Below the pieces are notes generated by a model. That model was not told the DNA's origin. It ran no database searches and worked only from the letters and a program-made list of their open reading frames with translations. Shown here in pieces: positions 35,179 through 46,487 of a DNA stretch of 64,000 nucleotides. Numbering within the stretch: position 1 is the stretch's first letter; each line of letters opens with the position of its first letter. The translations under genes and the position numbers were made by a program. This DNA comes from a bacterium. GTDB lineage: Bacteria > Patescibacteriota > Patescibacteriia > Patescibacteriales > UBA12465. The DNA lies in contig DAONDZ010000004.1 of the NCBI GenBank assembly GCA_035402825.1, positions 8,456 to 72,455 of the forward strand, written 5' to 3'.

Positions 35179-37971
35179 TTAAGGCGTCCGAGCCGGCGGC
35201 GTTAAAGTGGCGATATTATTGCGCAAGGAAGAAATGATAGTCTTGGTCACCGGATCGCCGACGGAGTCCAAACCGGCATTCTTTAAGATGCCCTTTAAAG
35301 CCTTGGCTACTTCTTCATTGCTGGAGGCGCCGTTTAAGCCAGAACCTTCCAAGCGAACTTTAATTTCATTGAAGAACTGAGTTTTAGTATCTTTGCTCTT
35401 AATAGTCTTCTTGACTTCTTCGTCCTTCATTTCTCCTAAGTATTTATCCTTGTGAGCTTTATTAACCGGATCAGAGGAAGGACCGAAAGAATCCAAATCA
35501 TAGCCCTTGGCATAGGACAATTTTTTCTTCGCCTTATATAATTGCTCATCTCTAGTTTTAGTTTCCTCCGGGGTGGTAGCCGCCGCTAAATCTTGGCGAG
35601 CCCTCACCACTTCTCTATCCAAGGACTGCTTCATAGCCTCTTTGCGCTGGTCTGGAGCGGCATCAAACTGAGTTTGGAAGGTTCTATCCTTCAAACCGGA
35701 AACGATATCTTGAATGGTTAGGTCAATAGCTTCGGCGCTCAAATCAGAAATCTTGGTGATGCCCTGATTCAATTCGGAAACAATCTGCTTGGAAGCAGCG
35801 GAAGCTTTCGGGCCGCCCAATTTTAATTCAGAAATCGGTTTAGAATGCTCCGGATAGAACTTGTCAGCAGAAGCATCCAACATGCTCACCACTCGGTCAT
35901 CACCCTTAAAACGATTAGCGGCTTGATCCTTGTATCTAGCGGCTTCTTGAGAACTGGAGAAAACATCTCCTTTTTCCAAGGCAATCATAGTAGCCGCTGC
36001 CTGTTCGTGATGATTAGTGGAATTTTTTATGGTATCCAATAGCTTCTCTTTACCCATGAACTTCATGGTGTCCTTCTGCATACCAATCTTTTGACTATTG
36101 TAATTAGCTGCCCGGCGCAAATTATCTTTGCCGGCATTCTTTAAATTCTTCTTAGCTATCAATCCAGTCAGCGCACCGACTGATCCGGTAACGGCGCCGA
36201 AGGCCGCCGGGGTACCGATACCAGTCAAAGCCAATCCGGCTCCAGCCACGCCCAAAGAGGCAGCCATACCAGTACTGATAATCTTCTTGGCTCGGGATTG
36301 ACGCTTAGAGTATTTATCAATCTTTTCCTGTTCAGTTTCAATATTAGAATTATACTGTATTTCAATCTCTACCTTTTCCGCTTTCAACCTATCGATTTCA
36401 GCCAAAGCTTCATCTCTGAACCTCTCCGGGTCAGCAATTACAGTTTCCAATTCAGCCTGTCGAGCAAGTTCTTGATTGGTCAAAATGTCGCCGGCAGCCT
36501 CGCGATCGTTCAAATTTTGCAATTCTCTATTAGCCTCTGGGTAGCCGGCATCAATATCTTTAATCATGTCCTGATTTTTCTTGATCTCATCATCAACGGT
36601 AGTGGTTCTAGTTTGTTTCTCAGTTTCCAAACGCAATCTCTCCGCCTCGGCCTGTTTCTGTTTCTGGCCGCCAAAATTAGCTGCCAGTCTGGTAGAAGTA
36701 GTTTCTTGTAATTTATTAAACGGCTTAGCCAAAGTTTCTTTAGTTTTTCCAATGGCTCTGTTAGCTCTGACCGCGTCGTCACGAGCTCTCTGACTGCGAT
36801 CAGCCACCTTCATATCCTTATATGACTTATAAGCCATCTGGACTCTTTCCACGCCGGTAGCTCTCTTTAAACCAGTACCCAAACTCTTGGTGGCGCTGCT
36901 GCCTAGCTTCTGTAATTTCTGCATGCCTTTGCCGGCCATTGCTCCGGCCTGTCCGCCAATTTGCTGAGAAATCATCAATCCGCCTAATAACATGGCGATG
37001 GAGATAATAAACTTAATCATGTGATCCGGAGAACCGGCTTCGGTAATACCGGCAGTCGGACCGACACTAACAGTCCCTAGCTGTCCCTCGGCGCCGCTCT
37101 GCTGATTTTCATTAATCTTTTTGATATTAGCCACCACCTGCGGCTCTTCTACGCCTCCCAAGGAAGCGAAAGATAACCAGATGAAAAAAGCTAAGACCGG
37201 GCCGATAATCAAATTCTTAGAAAACTCCTGCCACCATTGACGAGCATATCCTTGCCCGCCCGGAACAGCAGAAAGCAGATAGGCAAAAGGTGATAACACT
37301 ACATAAACCCAAATCATGATCATGCGCATTACGAGCACTGCCAACATGGTAATGATAACTATTAAAGCGATAGTAGCGTAAAGTAAGGCCAGCATGTAAG
37401 AACCGACAATGGACCATAAATTAACATCCCCAGGGTCAGCCGTCGATGAGCTCATGGTCATCAGCTTGTCAATTCCCAACATATTGGTGAGATTGCCGGT
37501 TCCGAGATCTTTAAATCCATTAACGAAGGTCAACATGATAACTTGAGCGAAATCAATCAAGATGCTACAAATAGTTTTAGAAAAGTTAATTAGCACTGCC
37601 ATGATAATTAAAGTCGGCAGCATCTTCTTGAAGCTATATTGCTCTATTCTCAAAATAGTAGCGAAGGCAATGACTAACAAGATGAGGATAAAAAACATGT
37701 TGCATAAATCGCGGACGATTGCCCAGCCATAGACCACCGGTTCAGCATTGATAAAATCATTGAATTGGGCGACTTTAATCAGCACCCACATCACCAACAT
37801 CAAAATCAAGCCGATGACATAGACTAAAGCATAAATAATCCAGCCCAAAACCTTGGCGACAGCATCGCCAATAGCGCTGGCTTCAACCGGCTTAACTACA
37901 AAAAACACGCCTATTAATAAAATAATTGACAGGAGTGAGATGACTTGTTTTTTAGATAACCACCTAGACAT
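35179..37971 (-). CDS. TrbL/VirB6-like polytopic membrane protein with long hydrophilic C-terminal extension
   Basis: 930 aa; ~8 TM helices in first ~340 aa with VirB6-like pattern; coiled-coil-rich remainder with one Gly/Ala hydrophobic patch. Confidence 0.65.
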   Translation of the reverse strand: MSRWLSKKQVISLLSIILLIGVFFVVKPVEASAIGDAVAKVLGWIIYALVYVIGLILMLVMWVLIKVAQFNDFINAEPVVYGWAIVRDLCNMFFILILLVIAFATILRIEQYSFKKMLPTLIIMAVLINFSKTICSILIDFAQVIMLTFVNGFKDLGTGNLTNMLGIDKLMTMSSSTADPGDVNLWSIVGSYMLALLYATIALIVIITMLAVLVMRMIMIWVYVVLSPFAYLLSAVPGGQGYARQWWQEFSKNLIIGPVLAFFIWLSFASLGGVEEPQVVANIKKINENQQSGAEGQLGTVSVGPTAGITEAGSPDHMIKFIISIAMLLGGLMISQQIGGQAGAMAGKGMQKLQKLGSSATKSLGTGLKRATGVERVQMAYKSYKDMKVADRSQRARDDAVRANRAIGKTKETLAKPFNKLQETTSTRLAANFGGQKQKQAEAERLRLETEKQTRTTTVDDEIKKNQDMIKDIDAGYPEANRELQNLNDREAAGDILTNQELARQAELETVIADPERFRDEALAEIDRLKAEKVEIEIQYNSNIETEQEKIDKYSKRQSRAKKIISTGMAASLGVAGAGLALTGIGTPAAFGAVTGSVGALTGLIAKKNLKNAGKDNLRRAANYNSQKIGMQKDTMKFMGKEKLLDTIKNSTNHHEQAAATMIALEKGDVFSSSQEAARYKDQAANRFKGDDRVVSMLDASADKFYPEHSKPISELKLGGPKASAASKQIVSELNQGITKISDLSAEAIDLTIQDIVSGLKDRTFQTQFDAAPDQRKEAMKQSLDREVVRARQDLAAATTPEETKTRDEQLYKAKKKLSYAKGYDLDSFGPSSDPVNKAHKDKYLGEMKDEEVKKTIKSKDTKTQFFNEIKVRLEGSGLNGASSNEEVAKALKGILKNAGLDSVGDPVTKTIISSLRNNIATLTPPARTP

Positions 37972-38002
37972 GGGATTAAGGGTGGATTAATATTATTCGG
38001 TC

Positions 38003-38545
38003 CTAAAATTCAAATATTCCAAAGACACCATTAGTGGAAGGATCAAAAGCGGCTACAATAACGGAGACAATCAAGAGAACAATGATAATGATCATACAGC
38101 AACAACCGGTTTCAGCGAAATGGATAACATTATCCTTGAGAGCCATGATTTTCTGCTGCATCTTCTGCATGGATGCGGGCATGTTAGATTTCTTGCCCAT
38201 ATCCTCAGAGCCCAGAGGCACGAAAAGCTTAGGCATGAACTTGCTCATCAGCAGATGGATGTTAATCCAAGCTACGCCCAAAGCAAACAGGATAGTCGTT
38301 TCCGCTTTTAACGCTAATTTTAAAAGTAAAGTAATACCCTTGGACAACGCCTGCGTTGCTCCCCCGGAGTCGCCCTTGCCCTTCAAGGTGGCCATTCTTT
38401 GTTCGGCCAATGCGGCAGCTTGAGCTTGTTGCTCAGCCAATAATCGAGCCTGATTTCTTTCGGCTTCTATTCTTTGAGCCGCCTCCTGTTCGGCCGAAAA
38501 ATTGTCTATTTGTTCTGCCATATACCGGCCCAATTTTAAAATCAA
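38003..38545 (-). CDS. Small membrane protein, Q/A-rich N-terminus, possible VirB2-like subunit
   Basis: TTG start at 38545 or ATG at 38521 (MAEQIDNF...); two hydrophobic helices, CCC motif; first gene of operon. Confidence 0.45.
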   Translation of the reverse strand: MILKLGRYMAEQIDNFSAEQEAAQRIEAERNQARLLAEQQAQAAALAEQRMATLKGKGDSGGATQALSKGITLLLKLALKAETTILFALGVAWINIHLLMSKFMPKLFVPLGSEDMGKKSNMPASMQKMQQKIMALKDNVIHFAETGCCCMIIIIVLLIVSVIVAAFDPSTNGVFGIFEF

Positions 38546-38757
38546 TATACCTTTATTTTACTACAAAACAAAAAAAAGCGCAAACAAAATTGACCCTAAT
38601 TTAGCGCTTTTTCTTAATCTAAAAACAACCTCAGCTAACACTTCCCCACTAAGGCCATAATCGCTTTGACTAGCCGCTCTTAATTTGGCTGATTTTGGCT
38701 TAAAAATTAAAAAAGCCCGGCTGACAGCCAAGCTTTTTATGACAAAAGAAAAATTGA

Positions 38758-39585
38758 TTAATTGTTCTTGACAAAAACATCCACCTTCACCCGACCGGAA
38801 AAATTCGGATTCTGAGCAACGGTTTCAGCGATTGCTTTAAGTCTTTCAGCTCCCTGCGGACTGGAAATTACCAAGAGATAGAAATTTTCGTCTGGATGGT
38901 GTCCCAAACGGCCATGATCACTAAAAGCTATTTCGGTGAGTTTGGTGAGTTCGGTGGCAATATAACTATCGCTCAATCCCAATTTAGGAGAAGCGGAGTT
39001 GAAAAACTGCTGGTCGTCAATTTCCACGAAACTTTCATCAAAATCAATATCGGTGACGATTATCCCCGATTCATTATGCTCGGTCTTATCCTCCGGCAAA
39101 TTCATATGGCCATAGTCAATCCCGACCATTTCCGCCAAACGCTTGGTGTAAATAATCCCCAATTCATCGGCAGTGGCCGGCAATTGAGAAATACCCAAGA
39201 AAGCGAAAATCCGCGCCACTTCCTTGTCATCGTCTTTAGCCATCAGCTCCTTGATAGCCTTAAAAGCTATCGCCGCTGCTCCACAGCCTTCATGGCTAGC
39301 GATGAGCTGGGGGGCTTCAGAATTGTTTTTCAGCTTAGCGATAAAGTCATTCAATTCAGTTTCGCTAAATAGAAGCAAAACGCCTTGACCGGCCATTCCC
39401 TCTTTGTCTAAAGTTTGGCTCTCCGGAGAAAAACGTCCGTCAGAGCAACAAAGACAGCCGGGACGATGAATAAAAGCCGCGGCCGGTACTTCCGCCATAG
39501 CTTCAGCGAAGGACATTCCTTGCTGGATCTTTTCCAAGATGTTTACTACTGGTTGTTTTTTCATTTCAAAATTATTTTCAGTCAT
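38758..39585 (-). CDS. Hypothetical protein with beta-carbonic-anhydrase-like zinc-site motifs
   Basis: C47-S-D-G-R51 and H98-E-G-C101 (CxDxR ... HxxC) at beta-CA-like spacing; 16 nt downstream of atpC. Confidence 0.3.
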   Translation of the reverse strand: MTENNFEMKKQPVVNILEKIQQGMSFAEAMAEVPAAAFIHRPGCLCCSDGRFSPESQTLDKEGMAGQGVLLLFSETELNDFIAKLKNNSEAPQLIASHEGCGAAAIAFKAIKELMAKDDDKEVARIFAFLGISQLPATADELGIIYTKRLAEMVGIDYGHMNLPEDKTEHNESGIIVTDIDFDESFVEIDDQQFFNSASPKLGLSDSYIATELTKLTEIAFSDHGRLGHHPDENFYLLVISSPQGAERLKAIAETVAQNPNFSGRVKVDVFVKNN

Positions 39586-39601
39586 ACAAAAGAACGATAT
39601 A

Positions 39602-40048
39602 TTAATTATTTTTTAAACTTTTTATATTCCGCCATCTCTTCACCGCTTTGGAGCGAGCCAACTGCTTTTCAATTAAAGCGTTGATCTCAGCGAATTGAAC
39701 GGCATCAATATCCTTCCATTTCTTCATCTCTTCCGCTTTCTGTCGAGCTTCTTCAATTCTGGTCTCATCTAATTCCACCGCGATCTCAGCAGTATCGGCC
39801 AAAATCACTATCTTGTTTTTTAAAACTTCCACAAAGCCGCCGGAAACCGACATCACTTCCTGCTCGCCATTTTCTTTCTTCACTTCAATTACCCCCGGAC
39901 GCAAAATAGAGACTAAGGGAATATGATCGGGCAAAATAGTCACCTCACCGCTCTGGGTTGGGACTGAAACCTGCAAGATGTCCTCCTTCAAAACCACTCT
40001 TTCCGGAGTGACTATTTCAAATCTAATTGTTTTTTTGTCGATTGACAT
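39602..40048 (-). CDS. atpC: F1 ATP synthase epsilon subunit
   Basis: 148 aa, operon position, IVTPERVV...GVLPDHIPL-type pattern. Confidence 0.85.
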   Translation of the reverse strand: MSIDKKTIRFEIVTPERVVLKEDILQVSVPTQSGEVTILPDHIPLVSILRPGVIEVKKENGEQEVMSVSGGFVEVLKNKIVILADTAEIAVELDETRIEEARQKAEEMKKWKDIDAVQFAEINALIEKQLARSKAVKRWRNIKSLKNN

Positions 40049-40103
40049 AATGGTTTACTAGACTATATTAGCATCTTTTTAGCAAAATTTCACTCCCGAC
40101 TGC

Positions 40104-41522
<1,419 letters not shown>

Positions 41523-42473
41523 TTATTCATTTAAAGCATTGGCCCCGGCACTGATTTCAGCAATTTCAGCGGTGATGCTGGCCTGGCGGGCTTTGTTATA
41601 AAACAGGGTTAACTCACTAACCATATCCGAAGCGGCTTCGGTAGCTTGGTGCATAGCCGCCATACTGGCACTATGCTCAGAAGCGCTGGATTCTAATAAG
41701 GCTTGATACAATTGCACTTCAATTAAGCGCGGCACAATTCTATCCAAAACTTCATTCGGGCCCGGTTCAAAGGTGTAGTCATAAGTAAACTCACCAGCGC
41801 TCAAATGTTTTTTGCTCTTCTCTTCTAAATAATCTTTTTTGGTTCCCACGGTCTCGCTTTTGCCGACTACTCCTAAATATTCATCTTCGGCATTAACATC
41901 TACCGGCAAAAGCTGTTTAACCCGAGGCACTTGTTTCACGGCACTGACAAAATCGGTATAAGCCAACATGACCTTATCATATTTTCCGGTCAGATAATCA
42001 GCCACTGCCATTCGGGCAATCGGATTAGTTTCCGCGGCCGACAAAATCAAATCGGATTTAGAAAACTCAGCGGCAATATTATACCCGGCCTGAGCCAAGG
42101 GTAATCCCTTTTTGCCGACTAAAATAATATCTGTTTCCACATCGTGTTTTTTGATAGACTCCTTGGCTTTAGCGATAATGGCCGAATTAAAGCCGCCGCA
42201 TAAACCACGATTAGAGGTTACCACGATAACCGCCACTCGTTTGACGCTAGAGCGGGCGCTCAATAAAGGATGTAAAACTTCATTCTTGGCCTGAGAAAGA
42301 TTAGCCAAATGCAAAACCGTCTCCCAGCTTAAGTTAGCATAGGTACGAGTTTTGATTACAGCTTCCACGGCCTTGCGCATTTTAGCGGCCGACACCATTT
42401 CCATAGCTTTAGTAATCTTTTTGGTGCTGGAAACTGATTTTATTCGACGTGATATCTCCTTAGTATTGGCCAT
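41523..42473 (-). CDS. atpG: F1 ATP synthase gamma subunit
   Basis: 316 aa; N-terminal IKSVSSTKKITKAMEMVSAAKMRKA, C-terminal ITAEIAEISAGANA. Confidence 0.9.
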   Translation of the reverse strand: MANTKEISRRIKSVSSTKKITKAMEMVSAAKMRKAVEAVIKTRTYANLSWETVLHLANLSQAKNEVLHPLLSARSSVKRVAVIVVTSNRGLCGGFNSAIIAKAKESIKKHDVETDIILVGKKGLPLAQAGYNIAAEFSKSDLILSAAETNPIARMAVADYLTGKYDKVMLAYTDFVSAVKQVPRVKQLLPVDVNAEDEYLGVVGKSETVGTKKDYLEEKSKKHLSAGEFTYDYTFEPGPNEVLDRIVPRLIEVQLYQALLESSASEHSASMAAMHQATEAASDMVSELTLFYNKARQASITAEIAEISAGANALNE

Positions 42474-42475
42474 AA

Positions 42476-44002
42476 TTACTTAATCAAATAATCTAAAGTG
42501 GCTTTGTAGCCATCGACTAATTTCTTAATTTCATTTTCAATCTCTTCATCTAAGTCCTTGCGGTCATCAATCATCTTGATTACTCCGTCATTTAAGTCAG
42601 TATACTTCATTAATCCGGCTTCAAACTCACGCATTTTCTCTACCGGCACATTATCAGTCAATCCGTTAATTAAGGAGTAGTAGACAATAACCTGCTTAGC
42701 CACGGCTAACGGAGTATATTGATCCTGTTTGAAGATTTCATATAGACGCTTGCCTCTTTCCAACTTGTTTTTGGTATCTTCATCTAAATCAGAACCGAAT
42801 TGAGCAAAGGCTGCCAATTCCCGATATTGCGCGGCTTCTAAACGCATCTTGCCGGCCACCTTTTTCATCGCTTTGATCTGAGCGGTGGAACCGACGCGGG
42901 ACACGGACAAACCGGCGTTCACGGCCGGACGGTTGCCTTGATAGAAAAGATCCGGTTCCAAGAAAATCTGACCATCGGTAATGGAAATAACATTGGTCGG
43001 AATATAAGCGGATAAATCTCCGGCTTGAGTTTCAATAATCGGCAAAGCGGTAATTGATCCGCCACCGAAATCAGGATTAAGCTTACAAGCTCTTTCCAAC
43101 AAACGGGAATGAAGATAAAAAACATCGCCCGGATAAGCTTCGCGTCCCGGAGGGCGACGAAGCAATAGAGATATTTCGCGATAAGAAACAGCGTGTTTGG
43201 ACAAATCATCGTAAATAATCAAAACATCTTCCCCTTTATCCAAAAAGTATTCGGCCATAGCGCAACCGGCATAAGGAGCGATATATAATAATGAAGCAGA
43301 CTTAGAGGCGCCAGCCAAAACCACAGTAGTATATTCCATAGCGCCATGCTCTTCTAATTTAGCGACGATGTTGGCAATCTTGGATTCTTTCTGGCCAATA
43401 GCCACATAAATACATTTCATGTTCTGCCCTTTCTGGTTGATGATAGCATCAATAGCAATAGCGGTTTTCCCCAACTGGCGATCGCCGATGATTAATTCTC
43501 TCTGGCCGCGGCCGATAGGAATCATAGCATCAATAGCTTTGATACCAGTCTGAACCGGTTGTTTGACGGAAGCACGGGTAATAACGCCCGGAGCAATCTT
43601 TTCCACCGGATAAAAAGTTTTGGTGTCCACCTTGCCCTTGCCGTCTAAAGGTTCGCCCAAAGGATCCACTACACGGCCGACTAAGGCTTCGCCAACCGGC
43701 ACTTCCAAAATTCTCTTGGTACAGACCACTTCGTCGCCCTCTTTGATATCCATGTAATCGCCGAAGATGATGGCGCCAACCTGGTTTTCTTCCAAGTTCA
43801 AAACTACGCCCACCACTTCTTCTTTGGCGGCTTTAAATAAAATAATTTCGCTCATCATCGCTTCCGGCAAACCAGAAACCAAGGCGATGCCGTCAGCCAC
43901 TTTCAAAACGCGGCCGACTGATTGTTCTTTGACCTCAGCTTCAAAACCGGCAATCTGGTTTTTGATCTGGGAAATGATGTAATCTTTGACGTTATTAGAC
44001 AT
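42476..44002 (-). CDS. atpA: F1 ATP synthase alpha subunit
   Basis: GDRQLGKTA Walker A, 508 aa. Confidence 0.95.
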   Translation of the reverse strand: MSNNVKDYIISQIKNQIAGFEAEVKEQSVGRVLKVADGIALVSGLPEAMMSEIILFKAAKEEVVGVVLNLEENQVGAIIFGDYMDIKEGDEVVCTKRILEVPVGEALVGRVVDPLGEPLDGKGKVDTKTFYPVEKIAPGVITRASVKQPVQTGIKAIDAMIPIGRGQRELIIGDRQLGKTAIAIDAIINQKGQNMKCIYVAIGQKESKIANIVAKLEEHGAMEYTTVVLAGASKSASLLYIAPYAGCAMAEYFLDKGEDVLIIYDDLSKHAVSYREISLLLRRPPGREAYPGDVFYLHSRLLERACKLNPDFGGGSITALPIIETQAGDLSAYIPTNVISITDGQIFLEPDLFYQGNRPAVNAGLSVSRVGSTAQIKAMKKVAGKMRLEAAQYRELAAFAQFGSDLDEDTKNKLERGKRLYEIFKQDQYTPLAVAKQVIVYYSLINGLTDNVPVEKMREFEAGLMKYTDLNDGVIKMIDDRKDLDEEIENEIKKLVDGYKATLDYLIK

Positions 44003-44024
44003 ATCGATTAATTAAATATTTAAA

Positions 44025-44426
44025 TTATTGATTAATTTTTTCTTTTAAACGGGAAAGCGATTGGCGCAAAGAAGCATCCAATACTCGGCCTTCATAGCGC
44101 AACACTAGACCTCCTAAAATATTTTTGTCTTCCTTAAATCTCCAATTAACTTTTTCCACTCCGGTTTTTTTAGAAATATACTCCGCCGCCAGTTTTTTAA
44201 TCGCTTCAGTGGGCGGGAAAGCAGATACTAAATCAGCGCCGATTTCACCCTGGGATTTGTCATAAGCCTGGCTGAAGAAATCCAAAATTGCCTCCAAACG
44301 GTTGAAGTCGCGATTTTTAATCAGCAAAGCTACAAAGCCGGACAAAACCTTATCCAATTCTTTGCCGCTCTGGCCATCAATAGCCTCCATCAGGCCCAAG
44401 GCGTATTGTTTAGAGGTAATTTTCAT
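44025..44426 (-). CDS. atpH: F1 ATP synthase delta (OSCP) subunit, short form
   Basis: 133 aa, operon position, OSCP-like C-terminus. Confidence 0.7.
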   Translation of the reverse strand: MKITSKQYALGLMEAIDGQSGKELDKVLSGFVALLIKNRDFNRLEAILDFFSQAYDKSQGEIGADLVSAFPPTEAIKKLAAEYISKKTGVEKVNWRFKEDKNILGGLVLRYEGRVLDASLRQSLSRLKEKINQ

Positions 44427-44430
44427 AAAA

Positions 44431-44919
44431 CTATTTAATAATCTTAGCGATCAGCTCTTTATCCTTAGCTCCGTCCATTTTTTCACCAATCACCTTTTCG
44501 GTGGCCAAGATGACCAATTCAGCCATTTCCCTCTTCAATTCCTCCCGCAAGCTATCTTTTTCCGCTTGAATCTTAGCTTTTTCCTGGACGATGATCTGAG
44601 CCACTTCCTGTTTGGTTTTTTCTACTAATTTCTGTTTGTTCTCTTCGGCTTGAACATTGGCCTTCTCCACGATAGCCAAAGCGTCTTTCTTGGCCTGGTT
44701 TAAAACTTCAACCTGTTCGAAATTAGTCTGAGTCAATTTCTTTTCAATATCTTTAGCGTCAGTTAGTCCCTTCTCAATTAATTTAGTCCGGTCATTCATC
44801 ATCTTGGACAAAGGTTTGAAGGCAAAACGATAGAGGACGAAAAAAATAATGCCAAAATTAATAATCTGGGCGATTAAGATTTTCCAATCAATGTGAAAAA
44901 TAGAAATTAAAGAATCCAT
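44431..44919 (-). CDS. atpF: Fo ATP synthase b subunit
   Basis: N-terminal TM helix then long charged helix. Confidence 0.8.
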   Translation of the reverse strand: MDSLISIFHIDWKILIAQIINFGIIFFVLYRFAFKPLSKMMNDRTKLIEKGLTDAKDIEKKLTQTNFEQVEVLNQAKKDALAIVEKANVQAEENKQKLVEKTKQEVAQIIVQEKAKIQAEKDSLREELKREMAELVILATEKVIGEKMDGAKDKELIAKIIK

Positions 44920-44986
44920 ATCTTTTTATAATTCTAAATAATAAGCTCACCCCTCTCCGGGATTTCCCGGAGAATTCGTCAGACTA

Positions 44987-45205
<219 letters not shown>

Positions 45206-45243
45206 TTAAATTAATTATTTATATTTAAATTATTAACGTTAAA

Positions 45244-46074
45244 TTAATGCTCCTCGGCGGTAGTGGCAATAGACAAATATATCAAAACTAGGATAGAAAA
45301 TATTAAAGCCTGAATTAAGCCGACAATCACTTCCAAAAACATGAAAGGCAAAGGCAACCCAAAGGCTAAAATGGCCGACATGGAAGCCAAAAGCACTTCC
45401 CCAGCGAAAATATTGCCGAACAAACGAAAGGACAAGCTGGCAATCTTAGCGAACTCGCCGATGATTTCAATCACCCCCACAAAAAACTTAATCGGATTGA
45501 CCAACAAAATAGTCGGTTCCTTAATAACCTTTTTTGGTATTTCCAATAATACTTTAAAATTCAAAAACTTATTCAAATATTTCCACCAGCCCAAAGCGAT
45601 GACTCCTAAAATGTGGCTCATCACCACGCCGATAATTGCTAAAGCTAGAGTAGTATTAAGATCAGCGGTGCCGCCTCGGAAATATGGAATAAACACTTTT
45701 TCGCCATGTTCTAAGGCCACTTGGCCGATAGAACCCACTCCCGGGAGTAATCCCATCCAGTTGCTGATTAACACGAAGAAAAAGAAGGTCATGACAAAAG
45801 GCGCGAATTTCAAAGTCTTGGCGCGGGAGCCGGTCACCATATCAAACAAACCAAAAAATAATTCAAAGACCATTTCCAAAGCGTTTTGCAAGCCGCGCGG
45901 GATTAATCTGATTTTTCGCCGCTGCAAAAACAAGGCCAAGATCACCACGATTAAAACCACCAACCAAGAATTAAGCAAGGAATTGGTGATGGGAAAACTA
46001 CCGACATGGAATATCGGTTCGGCATACAAAGTATTTTCGTGAACTATTTGTTCGGAATTATTACCCTCGGCCAT
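45244..46074 (-). CDS. atpB: Fo ATP synthase a subunit
   Basis: 276 aa polytopic; SLSFRLFGNIFAGE with essential Arg. Confidence 0.9.
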   Translation of the reverse strand: MAEGNNSEQIVHENTLYAEPIFHVGSFPITNSLLNSWLVVLIVVILALFLQRRKIRLIPRGLQNALEMVFELFFGLFDMVTGSRAKTLKFAPFVMTFFFFVLISNWMGLLPGVGSIGQVALEHGEKVFIPYFRGGTADLNTTLALAIIGVVMSHILGVIALGWWKYLNKFLNFKVLLEIPKKVIKEPTILLVNPIKFFVGVIEIIGEFAKIASLSFRLFGNIFAGEVLLASMSAILAFGLPLPFMFLEVIVGLIQALIFSILVLIYLSIATTAEEH

Positions 46075-46079
46075 ACAAA

Positions 46080-46376
46080 TTATTTCTGTTTATCAATTTT
46101 TTTATATTCTTTCATGGTCTCTCTAACCAGCATCACCATGGAAACCACGAATGAGATGCCGACACAGATCAAAAACCATTTCGGTTCGCTGGCGTTCTTT
46201 TTATCCAGCCACTTCCCTAAAAACAAACCGATCAATACCGGTACCACTATCCACACTGAGAGACGCGCAAAAATCTTCATCGGCTCAGCCCAGGAATAAT
46301 CAGTTTTCTGATTTTTAGGTTGTCTATTTGGCATAAAAACAACAAAATGAGGGCCAGGAGCCCTTCTAAGTCTCAT
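46080..46376 (-). CDS. AtpZ/AtpI-like small membrane protein
   Basis: Two TM helices, first gene of atp operon; real start may be M15 (46334); TTGACT-17-TAAAAT promoter-like box upstream. Confidence 0.6.
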   Translation of the reverse strand: MRLRRAPGPHFVVFMPNRQPKNQKTDYSWAEPMKIFARLSVWIVVPVLIGLFLGKWLDKKNASEPKWFLICVGISFVVSMVMLVRETMKEYKKIDKQK

Positions 46377-46487
46377 AACGTGATTGTCAACTTAGTATTA
46401 TATTTTATAGCTTATTAAACCCAAAGTCAACAATTTATTGTATAATTGACAAAAATATTATTTTATTACCAAAAAATCAAGCTGTAG

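Noticed and set aside
38572-38612. Hairpin aaaagcgc-N22-gcgctttt upstream of the T4SS-like operon, considered as a terminator.
   Set aside because: The loop is too large for a typical intrinsic terminator, and a better terminator for the upstream gene lies at about 38712-38740. It is mentioned only as a possible paired AGCGCT-type half-site.
45341-46042. 233-aa + strand ORF antisense to atpB. Similar long antisense ORFs occur at 36298-36711, 38034-38423, 46956-47339, 47003-47296, 61546-61929 and 49274-49618.
   Set aside because: These are shadow ORFs opposite well-supported genes (atpB, VirB6-like, pilin-FISUMP, zinc-ribbon protein, dnaJ). They have low-complexity or odd composition, no independent start or terminator signals, and fully overlap a conserved gene.
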